DNA of 64,000 nucleotides from Octopus vulgaris (lineage: Eukaryota), in assembly GCA_951406725.2 (NCBI GenBank), contig OX597825.1, forward strand, positions 84,568,001 through 84,632,000, in the 5' to 3' direction. The notes beneath the pieces are model-generated. The model saw only the letters and a program-made list of their open reading frames with translations. It had not been told where the DNA came from and searched no databases. Below, piece after piece: positions 1 through 16,849 of the stretch; position 1 is the stretch's first letter, and each line of letters begins with the position of its first letter. Position numbers and translations under genes: made by a program.

Positions 1-471
1 ATTCATTATATTTTTATTTAAGCTTAAAACATTTTACAAAAAATTATGTAGAAACGTTTACTGAAAGACCAACTCTTTATATAACTGTATCCCAAATTAT
101 GATATATTTTATATAACTATCTTAAACCATTTATTTGGAGTTCGAGCGATAACTCACTTTCCATGTTATTACGCGTATGATAAGGAAAAGAATGAAGGAT
201 ACAGCTGAGTGACAAGAAGACCTCAAAATATCTACGTTAATCACGGGTTCTGTCAAGGCTTCCCGAACCATAGACCGCGTGGTTAATCTAAAACCTGAAA
301 TCCTCAGAAATGTGAGGTAAAGGATCCGCAATGTTACGATTTTAAGCAACAGCAGAGTGTCAAACCGAAGAATATGGTGGCGGTGAAGTTGATAGGTTGG
401 AGCAGATATTCTCAGAAGACTGACCAGCAGAGAATGTACATAAATACATACATACGTATACATAACTACAT

Positions 472-512
<41 letters not shown>

Positions 513-1301
513 CACACATGTATCTGTGTATGTATGTGTATAAATATATATATATTTATACACACACAATACACGCATATATACACACAGACAGGCAGAC
601 ACACACATATATACATTTAAACCTGTGTGAATAAAAAGATATGCAAATGTGTATACACAGGCATAGAAGATATTAGTTTCCTCATACGAATGGTTGTCAT
701 GCATGCTAAGACTGGCTCTTTGGAAAGTGTGTGTGTATCTGTGTGGTCTGCAGTATAATGTATACACGTAGATTATCCCTGAATGCGCTCGATGTATCTG
801 AGTTCAGACATCAGCTTCAGATAAAAGGAAAGCCACCATATTTCAGCATTGAAATGTTTCAGCATTGATCCATTCCCGCAGCCCATTAACCCTTTCCTAG
901 CGTAAGGTGGCCGTAAATCTGTCATCGTTTTGTCTGTGTTACATAATGACATTGTCAATAACCGTGCTAGCAAGTACATTTCTAATTTAAACTCCTAACA
1001 GACATGAAAAGAAACCAGAATGGAAAATGTTATTTCATCTCGAAATCACGTTACATCACACCAGAATTAATCTACTCTTACAATGTGATTAGCGATCAAT
1101 CGATTGGTATTCGCCAAGTCTGATAAACTTAAGAAGAAAAATAAAAACGCCAGCCTTTGTGGAGGGCAGAAAGGAAAAAGCGAAAAAATCAAAAAGCAAA
1201 ACAGTAACCCAAAACATGATGATGAAGTGACTTTTGCAGTGAAGAAGGAATTGAAAAGAATTTCCCCGACATAACAAAGCGAATTTTCGTGCTACTTTAG
1301 C

Positions 1302-2185
<884 letters not shown>

Positions 2186-2676
2186 AAAGAAGTGGAGGAT
2201 TATTAGAGTAATGTACGTCCAGAGCAGATTTGCACTTAAGATGTTGCGTGGTGGGAGTTGCCATCAAGGTGTTTCTTTGATTCAGATGAGACACAGTTCA
2301 AGGTTGGACGACAGGTTTTTAGTTTGTTTGCGAGTAACAAAGGTAAGAAAGAAGAGATGAGAGAAACAAAGGCTGTGATGTAAATATTAATTACTTCTTT
2401 ACACGTTTACTTCTAAGAATAATCGAAAGAAGACAATAACGATGCACTGTTACAATAAGGCTTTAATAAAGGACGTCAAACTGCTCTGCATCCATCCGGC
2501 AATCCGGAAATAGAAACGACCAACGGTTCAATGCATACGTAATCATTTATTAAAACGTTATTTTGTGTGTGTGAATGTGTGTGAGTGTGTGTGTGTATTC
2601 TTTCCTCGCTCCTTGAATTTTTCTCCAACGAATCGACCTCACTACGCCCCCCACACACATACATACACACTTATGT

Positions 2677-2899
2677 ACTCTTGTACTTGTTTCAGTCATT
2701 TGACTGTGATCATGCTGCAGCACCGCCTTTAGTCGAGCAAATCGATCCCAGGACTTATTCTTTGTAAGCCTTGTACTTATTCTATCGTTCTCTTTTGCCC
2801 AACCGCTAAGTTACGGGGACGTAAACATACCAGCATCGGTTGTCAGTGATGTTGGCGGGGTCAAACACAGACACAAACATACACACACACACACACACA

Positions 2900-2900
<1 letters not shown>
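2677..2900 (-). mobile_element. SINE family B, 3' half
   Basis: Reverse complement of 31255-31462. Confidence 0.75.
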
Positions 2901-2941
<41 letters not shown>

Positions 2942-2978
2942 TATATGTATACATATACACTTCTATATACATACATAC

Positions 2979-3051
<73 letters not shown>

Positions 3052-3574
3052 ATGTATGTATGCGGATTAAGAGCAGCTTTAATAATACCCAAACATTTTT
3101 ACCCTTATACACATATACATATATCACAGTATTCAGTATCGACCACGCCAGCAGATGTTGTTATACATCACTGGTCACAATGCGCTTCCAATTCTCTCTT
3201 GATTTCTTCATTCTTTCCCATCTTAACCCATATTGCTTGATTAAATCGTCTTCCATCGCCGTGGAGGCCTTTCAACTGACCTTTTCCGATCCCTTGACTA
3301 CCACTCGGTAGCTGCAACATTTGATAACAGGTGTTCGTGTTTTTACGGCCCGATAATCTAGCAGTTTGGTAAAGTAACGGATGGAATTAGTAACAGGCTT
3401 AATAAAAGGTTAGTACGGGTGTGGATTCGCTAATTGAAATTCTTCAAGGCGGTGCCCTAACATGGCCGCAGTCTAATGAATGAAACAAATAAGAGAGATA
3501 AAGGAGATGAATGACATAGGCTAATGATCGTCAGCGCCGGGTCTGATGAGGAATGGGGGGTAAATTGTAAAGAA

Positions 3575-3950
3575 ACAGAAGAGACAGGGAGCGGGAGGGA
3601 AAGACAGAGAGGGTGAGAGGCGGGAGAGAAAAAGAGAAGGGGAGAGAGTGAGTGAGAGAGAGGGCAGGGAGAGGAAGAGAATGAGGGGGAGAGAAGGAGA
3701 GAGACGGAAAAGGAGGAAGAGAGAGGGAGACGGAGAGGGAGGAGAGAGGGAGAGAGAGACTGAGAGAGATAGGAAGAGAGAGGGAGAGAGCGAGAGAGAC
3801 AGGGAGAGAGAGAAAGAGAGAGGGGGAGAGAGTGAGGAAGAAACATATGAAGAGATAGAGTGGGAGAGCGAGAGGGAGAGAGTGGAAGATAGAAGAAGAG
3901 AGAGAGGGAGAGAAGGAGGGTAAGTAGACGGAGGGAAAGAGAGAAAGCGA
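3575..3950. repeat. Degenerate GA-rich polypurine tract
   Basis: Directly visible. Confidence 0.85.
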
Positions 3951-4577
3951 GAAAATATTTATAATTCTTAAGAATGTTGAGTATAAATTGAGATGTCGAG
4001 AAAAGGGGTGTGGTGTGAAAGATGGGTCCTGAGATGGATAGAAAGAAGGAATAAAGAGCCAACGAGTGTGTGGAGGAAAAGAGAAGATGGACAGGGCGGC
4101 CTCCCATCAATTTAAAATTTGCACTATTAGAAGATGAACTTCAATAACGTTTTAGCTATTATCTATAACGGTAGATTCACAGATGCACGAGAGTGCATAT
4201 ATATATACATACATACACGGACACATACATATATATATATATATACATGGTTAAAATTATATGGAAAACACAATCATGTGCACGTTAATTATGTGTGTTT
4301 GTGTGTGTACGTGCATGTGTGTTTATGCGTTTGTGTGCGGATGTGTGTGTATATATATGTGTGTGTGTGTGTGTGTACAGTTAAAATATTTATCGGCAAT
4401 TTGTGAGTGACAAGACCCAACCTACTCGTAGCTGCGAGATCACTGACATCGGTTTCCTTGGAAACGTAATTTTTAATAGTTTTTATATTTTACACATTCG
4501 TACGAATTACTTTGTTAGTTAATATTGGAATGGCTTCATCATAAATTAAGTATGAAACACATATAATTGGTATATAT

Positions 4578-4636
<59 letters not shown>

Positions 4637-4775
4637 CATATATATATACATATGATACATATATATATATATATATAATAATATTAATATGAGGGAATAT
4701 TATTCCCAACTTATTGAATTGATATAAGGTGTTTTTTTATTATATATATATATACATACACAGACATATATATAT

Positions 4776-4836
<61 letters not shown>

Positions 4837-4842
4837 AAATAA

Positions 4843-4915
<73 letters not shown>

Positions 4916-5359
4916 TGAGGGAATATTATTCCATACTTATTGAATTGAAAAATGGTGTTTCTTTTTCTAATATATATATATATATACGTGTGAGTGCGTA
5001 TGCGTGTTTATAGAAATGCCAACACACTCCATAGAAAGATAATGCAGGCGAGTAATTGAGAGAAAAATATGTTGTTTTGCAATTCAGCAAATAATATTTG
5101 AATGTTGTAAATACAAGAAGAATACATTGGCGAACAAAAAGAAAGGAACAAAGAGGAAAGAAAAAGAAAGAACTGGAAGAGAGAAAGGAAAGAAGATGGA
5201 GGCAGCGTGATTTCGACATGTTGTTAAATCTTGGCATATAATATAATGATATTGATCATTTTTTGTGAATATATAATTTCTTCTTGAGATTATATGAGAA
5301 AATATGTACATGCATGCATATCTGTATCTATAGCTAACTCGCTATACATTATATATAAA

Positions 5360-5410
<51 letters not shown>

Positions 5411-5467
5411 TACCAACATAAATTATATATACATACATATCTGTATATGTATGTATACAGATATGAA

Positions 5468-5500
<33 letters not shown>

Positions 5501-5502
5501 GT

Positions 5503-5665
5503 AGGCGCATTAGTGACTGTGTGGTAAGTGGATTGCTTACCAACCGCATGTTTCCGGGTTCAGTCCCACTGGGTGGCACCTTGGGAAAGTGTCTTGTACT
5601 ATAGCCACAGGCCGACCAAATCTTTTTGAGTGGATTTAATAGACGGAGACTAAAAGAATCCCGCC

Positions 5666-5699
<34 letters not shown>

Positions 5700-5847
5700 T
5701 TGCGTGTCATTGTTTGTCCCCCACCAACATCGCTTGACAACCACCGGTGCTGACAAAGAATAAGTCCTGGGGTCGATTTGATCGACTAAAGGCAGTGCTC
5801 CAGCATGGCCTCAGTCAGTTGACTGAAACAAGTAAAAGAATAAAAGA
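5503..5847 (+). mobile_element. tRNA-derived SINE, family B (bipartite, internal TA/TG microsatellite)
   Basis: Head TGTGTGGTAAG..CCGGGTTCAGTCCC..GCACCTTGGG; tail GGGGTCGATTTG.TCGACTAAAGGC.GTGCTCCAGCATGGCC.CAGTC..TGACTGAAACAAGTAAAAGA; many copies. Confidence 0.78.
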
Positions 5848-6330
5848 TTACATACACACACAAACACGCACACAGACAAATATATACATATATATATATA
5901 TATACATATAAATATATATATATATATATATGTATATAGACAGAGATTTATGCGTTTGTATGTTTGTCGTGTGTATGCATGTATTTTTCCATGAAATATT
6001 AATTCCAACATCACTCAATGTTATAACTATGCCTTACCACCGCAGCTTGTTATTCACTATCTCGTCAAGCCCCGCGTTATTATTCTATCTTAACAATAGG
6101 CTGTGCCAAGTTAATTATCTTTAAAAATCTGTTTAGCCATTTTTCATGTTCTATAATTGTTATTTTCCAGTTTTTCTTACGTCCATATTTATAAGTTATA
6201 AGCTTGTCATAGTTTTCTACCAGCAATAATATAATTTTGCAGTTTATATATTTGTAAAATGAGCTGTTTAGAAACATCCCACCTGCCCACACACACGGAC
6301 ACTAATGTGCCTGTGAGTGTGCACGTATGC

Positions 6331-6405
<75 letters not shown>

Positions 6406-7659
6406 CGTGTTTGCTTTTGTACGTGGGTGTGTGTCTTTGTAGGTGGTTTCTCTCTGTGATTTCCTCACACCAAACAAAACATTACACGAGCTGAGTCACC
6501 TCAGAGAGCAATCGCTGAAAAATCAGAATAAAAAAAAGCCATGATTGATTTTGATTATTGGGATCGCCTTAGAATATTGGTTTAAAATTTTGGGTCAGGT
6601 TAGGATGTTGGGAAGATGGGTTAAGTCGATTACATCGACCCCAGTGAAAAACTGGTATTTATCTTATCAACTTCAAAAATATGAGCATGGTACATTTATG
6701 TTCTTATATAATCTAAGATTGTGTTAAATAATTTACGTTGTTATATAATGCATCAATAATATGATAGCGAAACAGCTGTAGTAATTTATGTTCTTATTTC
6801 ATACATATGCTACTCCTGGAGCCAACCCCAAGGTCGGATCTAAAATTTATATTGGATTTCGTACATATGTGGAGACACACAGACAGACAGGCAAACACAC
6901 ACGCACACACAAGTGATTGGAAACAATCCTTGGTATTATTTATTCGCCATGTGTTTTATTTACTAATGCATATAGAGAGTCACACGCATACACACATATG
7001 ATATACATTCAGTAACTCTTACATACACCTACATATATAAAATTCACATATTTAATCGGATTAGTCCACTTGTATGGGAAAGCGTGCGGCCTATTGATTC
7101 CGAGCTTGTGTTCAGCGTCATGAAGTGACGAGTTGAATTATGGACCCAGGCTGTCCCTGAACAATTTCCCGTTATTTCAGACTACTCACAAGAAAGTGTA
7201 CTCGAACCGGCTGTGGTTGCAGTCCCAACTCTCCATTCAGCTTCCACATTCTCGATGTTTCGCTGAAACTAGCGAGGAATGATCTTGCTGTGTGTCAGCT
7301 CGCAGTTCCATAGGCATCTAAAAAAGTTTAGAGAAAGCATCGTACATGCTACAGAGCCAAACACACTTGCGTGTGACAGCTACGTCTGTTTTTCCACTCT
7401 AAATATGAAATCATTAATCCGAAAATCAATATTGTTAATCGTATATTTAACCTATATATCGAAATCATTATTTTTTTTTCTACTGAACTAATATCATTTA
7501 TCGTAAAGAACAATGTACTGCCTTTGCAGTCACTCGAATATCTACCAGAACGACGACGGTGAGCTTTTCTTTGGTTTCAGAGATATATCACTCAACAAAA
7601 CTTCACTATACCTTCTAAAACATTTTTATTTAACATGTTTGATATAATATTTGTGCTTC

Positions 7660-8130
7660 TCAACTTCATGGTTCCGGGTTCAGTCCTACTGGTAAGTGTC
7701 TCCTACTATAGGCTCGGGCAGACCAAACGCTTGCGCGTGGATTTGGTAGATGGAAACTGAAAGAAGCCCGTCGTATATATATACTACTCTTTACTCTTTT
7801 CCTAATACTTATTCCCTCGGGCACTTTTGCCGAACCGCTAAGTTACGGGGGCGTAAACACACTAGCATCGGTTGTCAAGCGATGTTGGTGGGGGACAAAC
7901 AGAGACACACAAACATATGCATACATATACATATATACATAAATACCTATATATAGTACGTTTAAATATTTGTTGGCTAAATTGGCAACATGACCATTCC
8001 GAAATATAACAATACCTATATATATATATATGCCGGGCTTCTTTCAGTTTCCGTCAACCAAATCCACTCACAAGGTTTTGGTCGACCTGAGACTATAGTA
8101 CAAAACACTTGCCCAAGGTGTCACGTAGTG
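7660..8130. mobile_element. Two SINE family B fragments in opposite orientation (7660-7772 +, 7786-8130 -)
   Basis: GGATTTGGTAGATGGAAACTGAAAGAAGCCCG and its reverse complement at 8034-8066. Confidence 0.7.
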
Positions 8131-8159
8131 GGACACACACACACATATATAGTTATATG

Positions 8160-8204
<45 letters not shown>

Positions 8205-9252
8205 CTTTTAAGAAGCGTTGTCGTGAATGACAAATGCGGGTTCAGTAGAATAAATTGTTAATCCTGTTCTATGGAGACGACTGTGTCTCTTAAGGCCTGC
8301 AAACATTTATACACATGGAACACCCCTCCGCACACACATATATACACATACAACGCATGTGTGTATGATTGGCTTGTGTTTGCTCTCCAACCACCGTTAG
8401 ACAACCGCAGTTGTTTTGTTTACACCCCCGATTCCACAAAAAGGATTGATAGAATAAGCACCAGGTCCAAATCGAAAAGTAACTGCTGCGGTGGATTCAA
8501 CAGAACCCTTAAAGGCAGTGACCCAGCATGGCGGCCATCAAACAATTAATACGAATAAAAGAATAAAAACATATGTGTTTCATAAATTTCCCACTCTTGT
8601 TCTCGTGACATGACAGAAAGAAGCTTTTTTATTAAACCAGAACACAATACATAGCATACGATTCGGGAATTACATTATGTTTACAGACGGTTGTAGTTTA
8701 AAAGTAGAATTGAACTTTGCAGCATAAATTGCAGAAACAGACGATACGGGTTCTATAATAACAGAGGAAGAATGCTGGGTCATTCGTGGACAATTTATGC
8801 TGCAAGAAGTCTATTTGTAGAAGTTGTCTATACTCCGACAAAATCATGCAACATTTATTGAGAAGAAATTTTAGATGTTCTCTGAATATTAAATAGCAAG
8901 GATAATTGCGACAAGAAGCGAGATAGTGCTGTAAAATAGGTAAAAGTACAAAAATAAAATGGAAATTTATTCAGAAATTTATATATTGTATGGCATTCAA
9001 CCGTCTTAGATAGTTTATAGTCAGGAGAAACGGTTGAGAAATCGGAAAATTCTATATAGCATCACGACTTGATAGGAATAGAACACACACACACACATAC
9101 ACACACACACACACAAATATTCACACAAATACACACACAAATACACACGCATCCACACCCACACAGACGCATACCCGCACTCATATATACACATATTTAT
9201 ATGTATATCCATAATAACATATGTACATATTTACGTTCATACATACATACAT

Positions 9253-9295
<43 letters not shown>

Positions 9296-9489
9296 CATGT
9301 GTGTGTTTGTGAGTGCATGTGTGCGTGTGTGTGTGTTTGTGTGTATGTGAGTGCATGTCTGTGTGTGTGAGTGTGTGTGTGTGTTTCTGTGCATATACAT
9401 ATTCTTACATCCTAATAAGAAGTCACAACTTGCTAGCAACACCTGATACAAATGGTTTCTGTTAACCCTCAGATCTCTCAGCGCCATTG

Positions 9490-9603
9490 GTCCCAGATTA
9501 ATTTCCTCGGCGTGACACCTGAGCAAATGTCTTCTACCTTAGCCTCAGGCTGACCAGATTTTTTGAGTGGATCTGGCAGACGGAAATTGTAAGACGTCCG
9601 TCG
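9490..9603 (+). mobile_element. SINE family B, 5' half
   Basis: GAGTGGATCTGGCAGACGGAAATTGTAAGACGTCCGTCG then microsatellite. Confidence 0.6.
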
Positions 9604-9664
9604 TATATACATGCATACATACATGCATGCATACGTACATACGTACATACGTACATACATACAT

Positions 9665-9698
<34 letters not shown>

Positions 9699-9703
9699 GT
9701 ATG

Positions 9704-9841
<138 letters not shown>

Positions 9842-12800
9842 AAGAGAGAGAGAGAGAGAGTGAATATATATAGAGAGAGGGAATAGTATGTATGAAATAC
9901 TATTTACTGAATCTCAGGTTTTTTTATCTGCTAGACCACTGGTGTTAAAATTGATGTTATCAAATTAATATCTAATTTTTAACCCTTGATTTTATATATA
10001 TAATATTAATATTTGTATGTATACATATACGCGCGTGTGTGTGTGTGTGTGAGTTTGTAGTGTCCTTGACATGTTGGAAATAACCGTCAAATTGTTTTTC
10101 AAATATCATCCCATAATCTGATGCATATACTGGTGTTTGAAGCAACAACCAAACTTAAAGAGGGTAACTGGAAATGATGCGTACAATTTCTCTCGAAGCA
10201 AATGTACAGTTACGCATACGGGTATATCTGTGAGTCACCGGGTGGGCTGGCTCACCCATGTGATTGCATGATATGCCAGCCGCCAATTCACCCGGATAGT
10301 GAGCCCTAATATTTTCTATTGCTTTGATACAACATCTTGGCATTACCAATCACCTCAGGTAGTCTAAGTACATAATTGAATTTGTAAATATATAATACAG
10401 ATAGCTGTGGCAGGTGTTACTGGCCGTCTCCAAGCAACCGTGGCATCAGTACTCACACACACACACATACACACACACAAACACATGCACATATATAAAC
10501 ACACGTGTGTAATATGCGAAGTGTATGCGATTATAGATGTAACGTCGGCTGTGTTTGTACTAATGCATTAGATTATATTTTCGTTGTTTAAAGCATGAAG
10601 ATTAACACATCAATAAATTAATTGATAGGATAATCCGGCTCAATTTCAGTATTAAGCAAGCTGTAATTGCAGTTTGCTTGTCTATTGTTATCTACAGCCA
10701 GGTTTAAAACCCGGACAAGCTTACGTCGCTAAAATACCCTCTGGACAATACATACAACATTGAGTTTGTGAAAAGAGAACGATCAAGATTAATAAAGGAA
10801 CACACATCACAAGAAGTTTGTAGTTGTAGTCGGCCTGTCTGTTGTAGCTGGAGTTTAGTTTCAAGTCAGCCTTTAGCCAGCAGACTATGGTCAAATGCAT
10901 TCTATGTCGGATTATCTTGTGTGCTCCAGACATATTTTAACCGGGACTTCATTATAAAACTCGTCCTTCAATTTTGATGACGCTACAATTTAATTTATTA
11001 CAGCTTCGGCTGTTTTTTTCCAACAAGTCATGCAGCCAGGTTGAGCTATCCTTGTTGGAAACTCTTGACGAAGTCTGCTGTGCAATAATTCCTAAGATGA
11101 ACCTCGATATGGTGCGTTCATAGATATATGACATGCATCCATCATTAAACTGAATGGCTTCTACCAGGATGAATATTTTAGATTTTAGATTTATTTTTAC
11201 CTATCGCAATCAGAAAATATGTGATTAAATTCAAACTAATCAATGAGATTACTAATTAGCATTTAAAAGTCTGAATGACGTCATCAATTTATTCAACTGC
11301 CATTTCGCTGCATCAGTGCAGATGAAATATGCAAAACACACTGCTGCCAACGTTTGCCTATTCAAAGACATATAATCATTAACAGTCCAACTCTATGAAT
11401 TCCTGCAACTACGCTTAGAGTTGGGTTACGACTAAATCATGAAATACATAAAAATTGAACGTTAATGAAATGGAATTTCTAGGAAATATAACTGAAGGTG
11501 TTGCAATGATCCAATTCTATTGATCACTAATTGAAATGCTAAACACACGAGCTTAATACCACTGAACCATTTGGTTAGTCTCTTGGCGCAGTCGGCAAAA
11601 TCGGTTCTACGAGCCTCCTATATATTCTTTTATAGTTTTTGAATGGGAAAGAAAAAAACGAAAACATTGGAAATTCTCTGTTAATTGAATAGGAAAAGAA
11701 AGTTAGGAAAGTCTTGAAGAAGAAACTGATTTAATGTTCATTAACAATGATTCCGGATTCTACAGTTGGTTTAGCAATCACAGTCGATGTGGTTCCTGGA
11801 GGAATGATGTAACACAGATCAGTTCATTTCTAACATACTGGAATAATCTTAAAATCTGAGTAGAAGCAGTTCACCATAAAGAAAAATGTGTCCTCAGTAT
11901 CTGAAAGTAGGAAACTTCGGAGGCAATTAATACAATCAGTGTTCATGTATAAGTATTTAATTATCGATCAGTTATTGATTTCTATTTCAGCCTGGTATAA
12001 ACATTGAAATCTTATTGAAAGCACAAACGAAAATGCGGTTTGTTTGTTTCTAAAACCGAGTGACCTGAACTTATAGCATACAGACCCAGTAAAGAAAATA
12101 ATGTGGCAACCACTGGGGAAACGATGTTTCCATATCAGCATTAAAAGATTTCTTGGTTAATGTTGAACATAGAACATACATTTGCTCGTGTGTAACAAAT
12201 GCACTCACAGTTCTTAGTGAAAGTATTATTTACAACAAACATGATTATCCTATCTATAAATCTGCACCTGAAAGGATGAAGCAGGCGTCAGCATCATGGG
12301 ACAGTGTTAATCAATCGAATTCCTTGTATCTGCATCGATATCTACAGACAATAGTTTTTCTTGTTGCCTAAGGAAATTAGTAAAGTTATCAAATTGTCAA
12401 GTTTTCAAGAGAGACATGCACTCTTCTATACAAACACTGTAGTTATTTCATTCTCGTGGGATTTTTCCTTTATTGATCAGAATAAAAAAAACATGTTCAG
12501 ACAGAAGATAATTTCAATTATCAATATTTCAACCAAAGCTCCAAATAAACAAGTTAAGATGCAGGTGGCTCATTTTAGTCTTTCAAAAACGCACCGAAAC
12601 TGTTAAATGCTAACAATTCCACTGCAGTGACCCTGTGTCAGTGACCAGGTCGCTGCCAGTGCGACAAAACGTTTGACAACGTGTAATACATAACTGAGTG
12701 AAGTTAGCAACTTCTGTGCATTTGAATGGTTAATATGTATTTTCCACTCAGTAATTCGTTTAGTTTCAACATACAGTCTCAGATCAAATCGCTTGCCAGG

Positions 12801-13672
12801 CACGTACAACTCCAGAAATTCAAATAAACCTTGGTTATAAAACTCTAACTGCTTTAGACGTGGAAAGAAAAGAACAGTGCAATCAAATAAAAAGATTTTT
12901 TATGCTTGCTTATTGATCTAACTTAAGGTCAAATATGTAGTTGAATACAAGATGGAAGAAAGGATTCCCTAGACGACAATTCTCTTCAATTAGAACCCCT
13001 CACCGCAGAGCAACAGAGTCAACTTAACCTCCAAACCTACCATCTATGAAAACGTTTCAATATTTAACGATATTATGACTTAAGGATAGCAATACTTGCC
13101 AAATATTTGACGCAAACAGAAAGAGCAACCCTTGATAGATATGGATTTATGGCGAATGTTGATTGGCCAGTACTGGAATCCATGCCATATTTTACGATGT
13201 CGACTTCTCTTTATAGGAAGAAGTCCAAAAAGAAGATTATACTCGAAATAAAGGTTTTTACATTCCAAACGTGATATGGATTATTGCAATTTTATAATCG
13301 CCACGCACAAAAATACAATATGATAGTGACCGAATTCCTATGATATTTACTATAAAAAATTGCACGAAATTCTCATTTAAAGGCGAGGAAATTGGGCATC
13401 GATTTTCACTTTTACATGCGGAGAGTTCAGAAATAAGATGCTAGTTACATATGTCTATGAACATAATATACGTGCTGTGTCTTTTTGTTGTTCGAGGATA
13501 AATTGGCTACTATTTCTAGCAAAAGAGACTATGAGTAAGCTGCTACGCTCTTTTATCTGCACCTAAGGTGGAAGTATTGATATATATATATATTCAATAG
13601 TTAACGGCTTTTGGACTATGAACCTCACCTCTAGATACCCAATACCTGCATGTCATATTCACGGCTATATAA

Positions 13673-13894
13673 GGCGGTGAGCTGACAGAATCGTTAGCAC
13701 GCTGGGCAAAATGCGTAGCCGTATTTCATCTGCCGTTACGTTCTGAGTTCAAATTCCGCCGAGGTCGACTTTGCCTTTCACTCTTTCGGGGTCGATTAAA
13801 TAAGTACCAGTTACGCACTGAGGTTGATGTAATCGACCTAATCCCTTTGTTTGTTCCTTCTATGTTTAGCCCCCTGGGGACAATAAAGAAATAA
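13673..13894 (+). mobile_element. tRNA-derived SINE, family A
   Basis: A-box-like GAGCTGACAGAATCGTTAGC, B box GAGTTCAAATTCC, central GTCGACTTTGCCTTTCA..CGGGGTCGAT..AAGTACCAG (resembles Deu/Nin-type core); multiple copies in window. Confidence 0.8.
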
Positions 13895-13912
13895 ATATTT
13901 ACTACTGTATAA

Positions 13913-14125
13913 GGCGACGAGCTGGCAGAATCGTTTGCATGCCGGGCAAAATGCTTAGCGGAATGTTGTCAGTCTTTATGTTCTGTGTTCAAATTGCGCC
14001 GAGGTCAACTTTGCTTTTCCTCCTTCCTGGGGTCAATAAAATATATGCCAGTGAAACACTGGGTTGATGTGATCGACTTTTCCTCTCACCCGAAATAGCT
14101 GGCCTTCTGCCGAAATTTGAAATAA
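13913..14125 (+). mobile_element. SINE family A, alternative tail
   Basis: Same head/core; tail GGCCTTCTGCCGAAATTTGAA. Confidence 0.75.
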
Positions 14126-14569
14126 ATATTTACGGTGACAGACATAAATGTTCCCATCCCTATTATGTTTCAATCAGTTTGATCTCCTGCCATCCTCTGT
14201 TCTAATATTTAGGGATGTATTCGTAGTACCGCACCTGATCCGAACACAGGATCTGGAAGAGCAATATCCCGCGCATTTACTCGTTCCCCTTATCTCCAGT
14301 TTCGATTCTATGTACACGTGTGGTAGTCAAACATCTATTGCCGCTCGAAACATAATGCAGATGTACACGTCAGACTATTCTGAAAAATTAAAGTCCTATT
14401 TACAATAAGAAATCATCTCGGATATTTGATGCGTTTATTCATGTGTTTACCGAACGGAATATGGTTTTGCAATGTATTAAACACTCCATTTTATTATGGA
14501 GATATCTACTACCATAATACGCTCATGTCTCCATAACGTTTGCAACGTTACTCAGTTAACATAACAATA

Positions 14570-14797
14570 TATTTCTTTACTACCTACAAGGGGCTAAACA
14601 TAGAGGGGACAAACAAGGACAGACAAAGTGATTAAATCGATTACATTGACTCCAGTGTGAAACTGGTACTTTATTTATCGACCCCGAAAGGATGAAAGGC
14701 AAAGTCGACCTCGGCAGAATTTGAACTCAGAACGTAACGACAGACGAAATACCGCTAAGCATTTCGCCCGGCGCGCTAACGACTCTGCCAGCTCAGC
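14570..14797 (-). mobile_element. SINE family A
   Basis: Reverse complement of 13673 copy. Confidence 0.8.
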
Positions 14798-15190
14798 GAA
14801 ATCAAACGTTTGCGTTCAAATTCAAGGAGAAAAACAACAGAAATTGTATACCATAACGCGATACGCAAAGTTAGAGAAAAAAATTAACGCCCCGCCTTCA
14901 TACACACACACCCACACACAAAAAGAAAAAAGCCCACGGGGGGTAGATATTGAACCGATTCGCATAGGTAAGTAGATTTCTTTCAATTCGTTAAACACTC
15001 ATTTTAGTTGCAAATGAAAAAGAGGCAAATCAACGAAGTAACAAAACTGGAGCATATTTCCATTTGAAAATGAGATCATTAAATGTTAATCTATCCTAAT
15101 TAGGAACCTACTCGTTCTGAATTTATAAGATAAAGCATGGAAATCTTAGCAACAACTGCAAGAAACGAGGCGAAACAATTACAGAACACA

Positions 15191-15700
<510 letters not shown>

Positions 15701-16047
15701 TCTCATATATATGCCTATATGTGTGTGTGTGCAGGTGTGTATACGCAGGCACATATTTAGAGAGATCGAGTACTAGCAAAGTATAAGTGCACGTGTCTAA
15801 CCGTGTGCGTGTGTATATCTATCTACGTTTATACCGAATATAAAATAAATAATAATAACAATATAATTCGATGCCGAACAATTAAAAGCCCAATTTAAAA
15901 AAGACAATTACCATAAATAAGGCGAGCACTCTGTCGAAATGTACGTCTGACGTTATATCAAAATACACAGCAATTTATTCTGTGTAAATTGCGAAGGGAA
16001 ATATGATTCCAGAAGATTAACGCAAGAACGCATCATAATGTGTATAT

Positions 16048-16217
<170 letters not shown>

Positions 16218-16849
16218 ACATTAAGAGAAAAGAGAGACATTACCGTAGTGACGCCATATTGAAACACGTCCATGTTCATGGTATGTGTAAAATGTTTCAG
16301 TAATTGAAATTAACGAAAATTATATCAATTTACAATAAAATGATCTCTTTTAAAAAATGAACAAGGCATTTAAATAGATTCATTGAAATACAATATGATA
16401 TACGACAAAATTGTTTATAGCAAAGCTAGGTGAAGATAATAAGTGTGCCTCTATGTGGCTGCTTGGCGAGCTAAAAACACCAGTTAAATATCTTCGAAAT
16501 TACAGCCGTACACTTTGGTTGGGTGTGTTGGATGATATATATTGCTAAATAGATAGGTTCTGAAAGAAAAATAATTAATTATAATAACATGGTATTGCAG
16601 TGCTTGGAAGTCTTTAATTAAAAATACTCTCAATCAAAGACGACTCAGAATTTAATAGCAACAACAACAACATCAACAACAACAGCAACGACAATAATAA
16701 CAACTACAATGACAATATCGACGATGCTTGCAACAACAGAGTTATAAACTGGAGAACAAAATGCCAGTCTCCAAAACGGAAAGAATAAAAGAGACACAAT
16801 CTACAAATACGCGCAGAGTGTAGATTGAGCTACCCGTTCAGCGTCCAAC

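Noticed and set aside
6765-6790. GAAACAGCTGTA half-hammerhead; also partial motif near 45030-45052 (minus)
   Set aside because: No upstream CUGANGA core or closing stem I visible
13673-13760. Possible tRNA genes at SINE heads
   Set aside because: Only A/B-box-like remnants, no full cloverleaf, and always attached to SINE bodies
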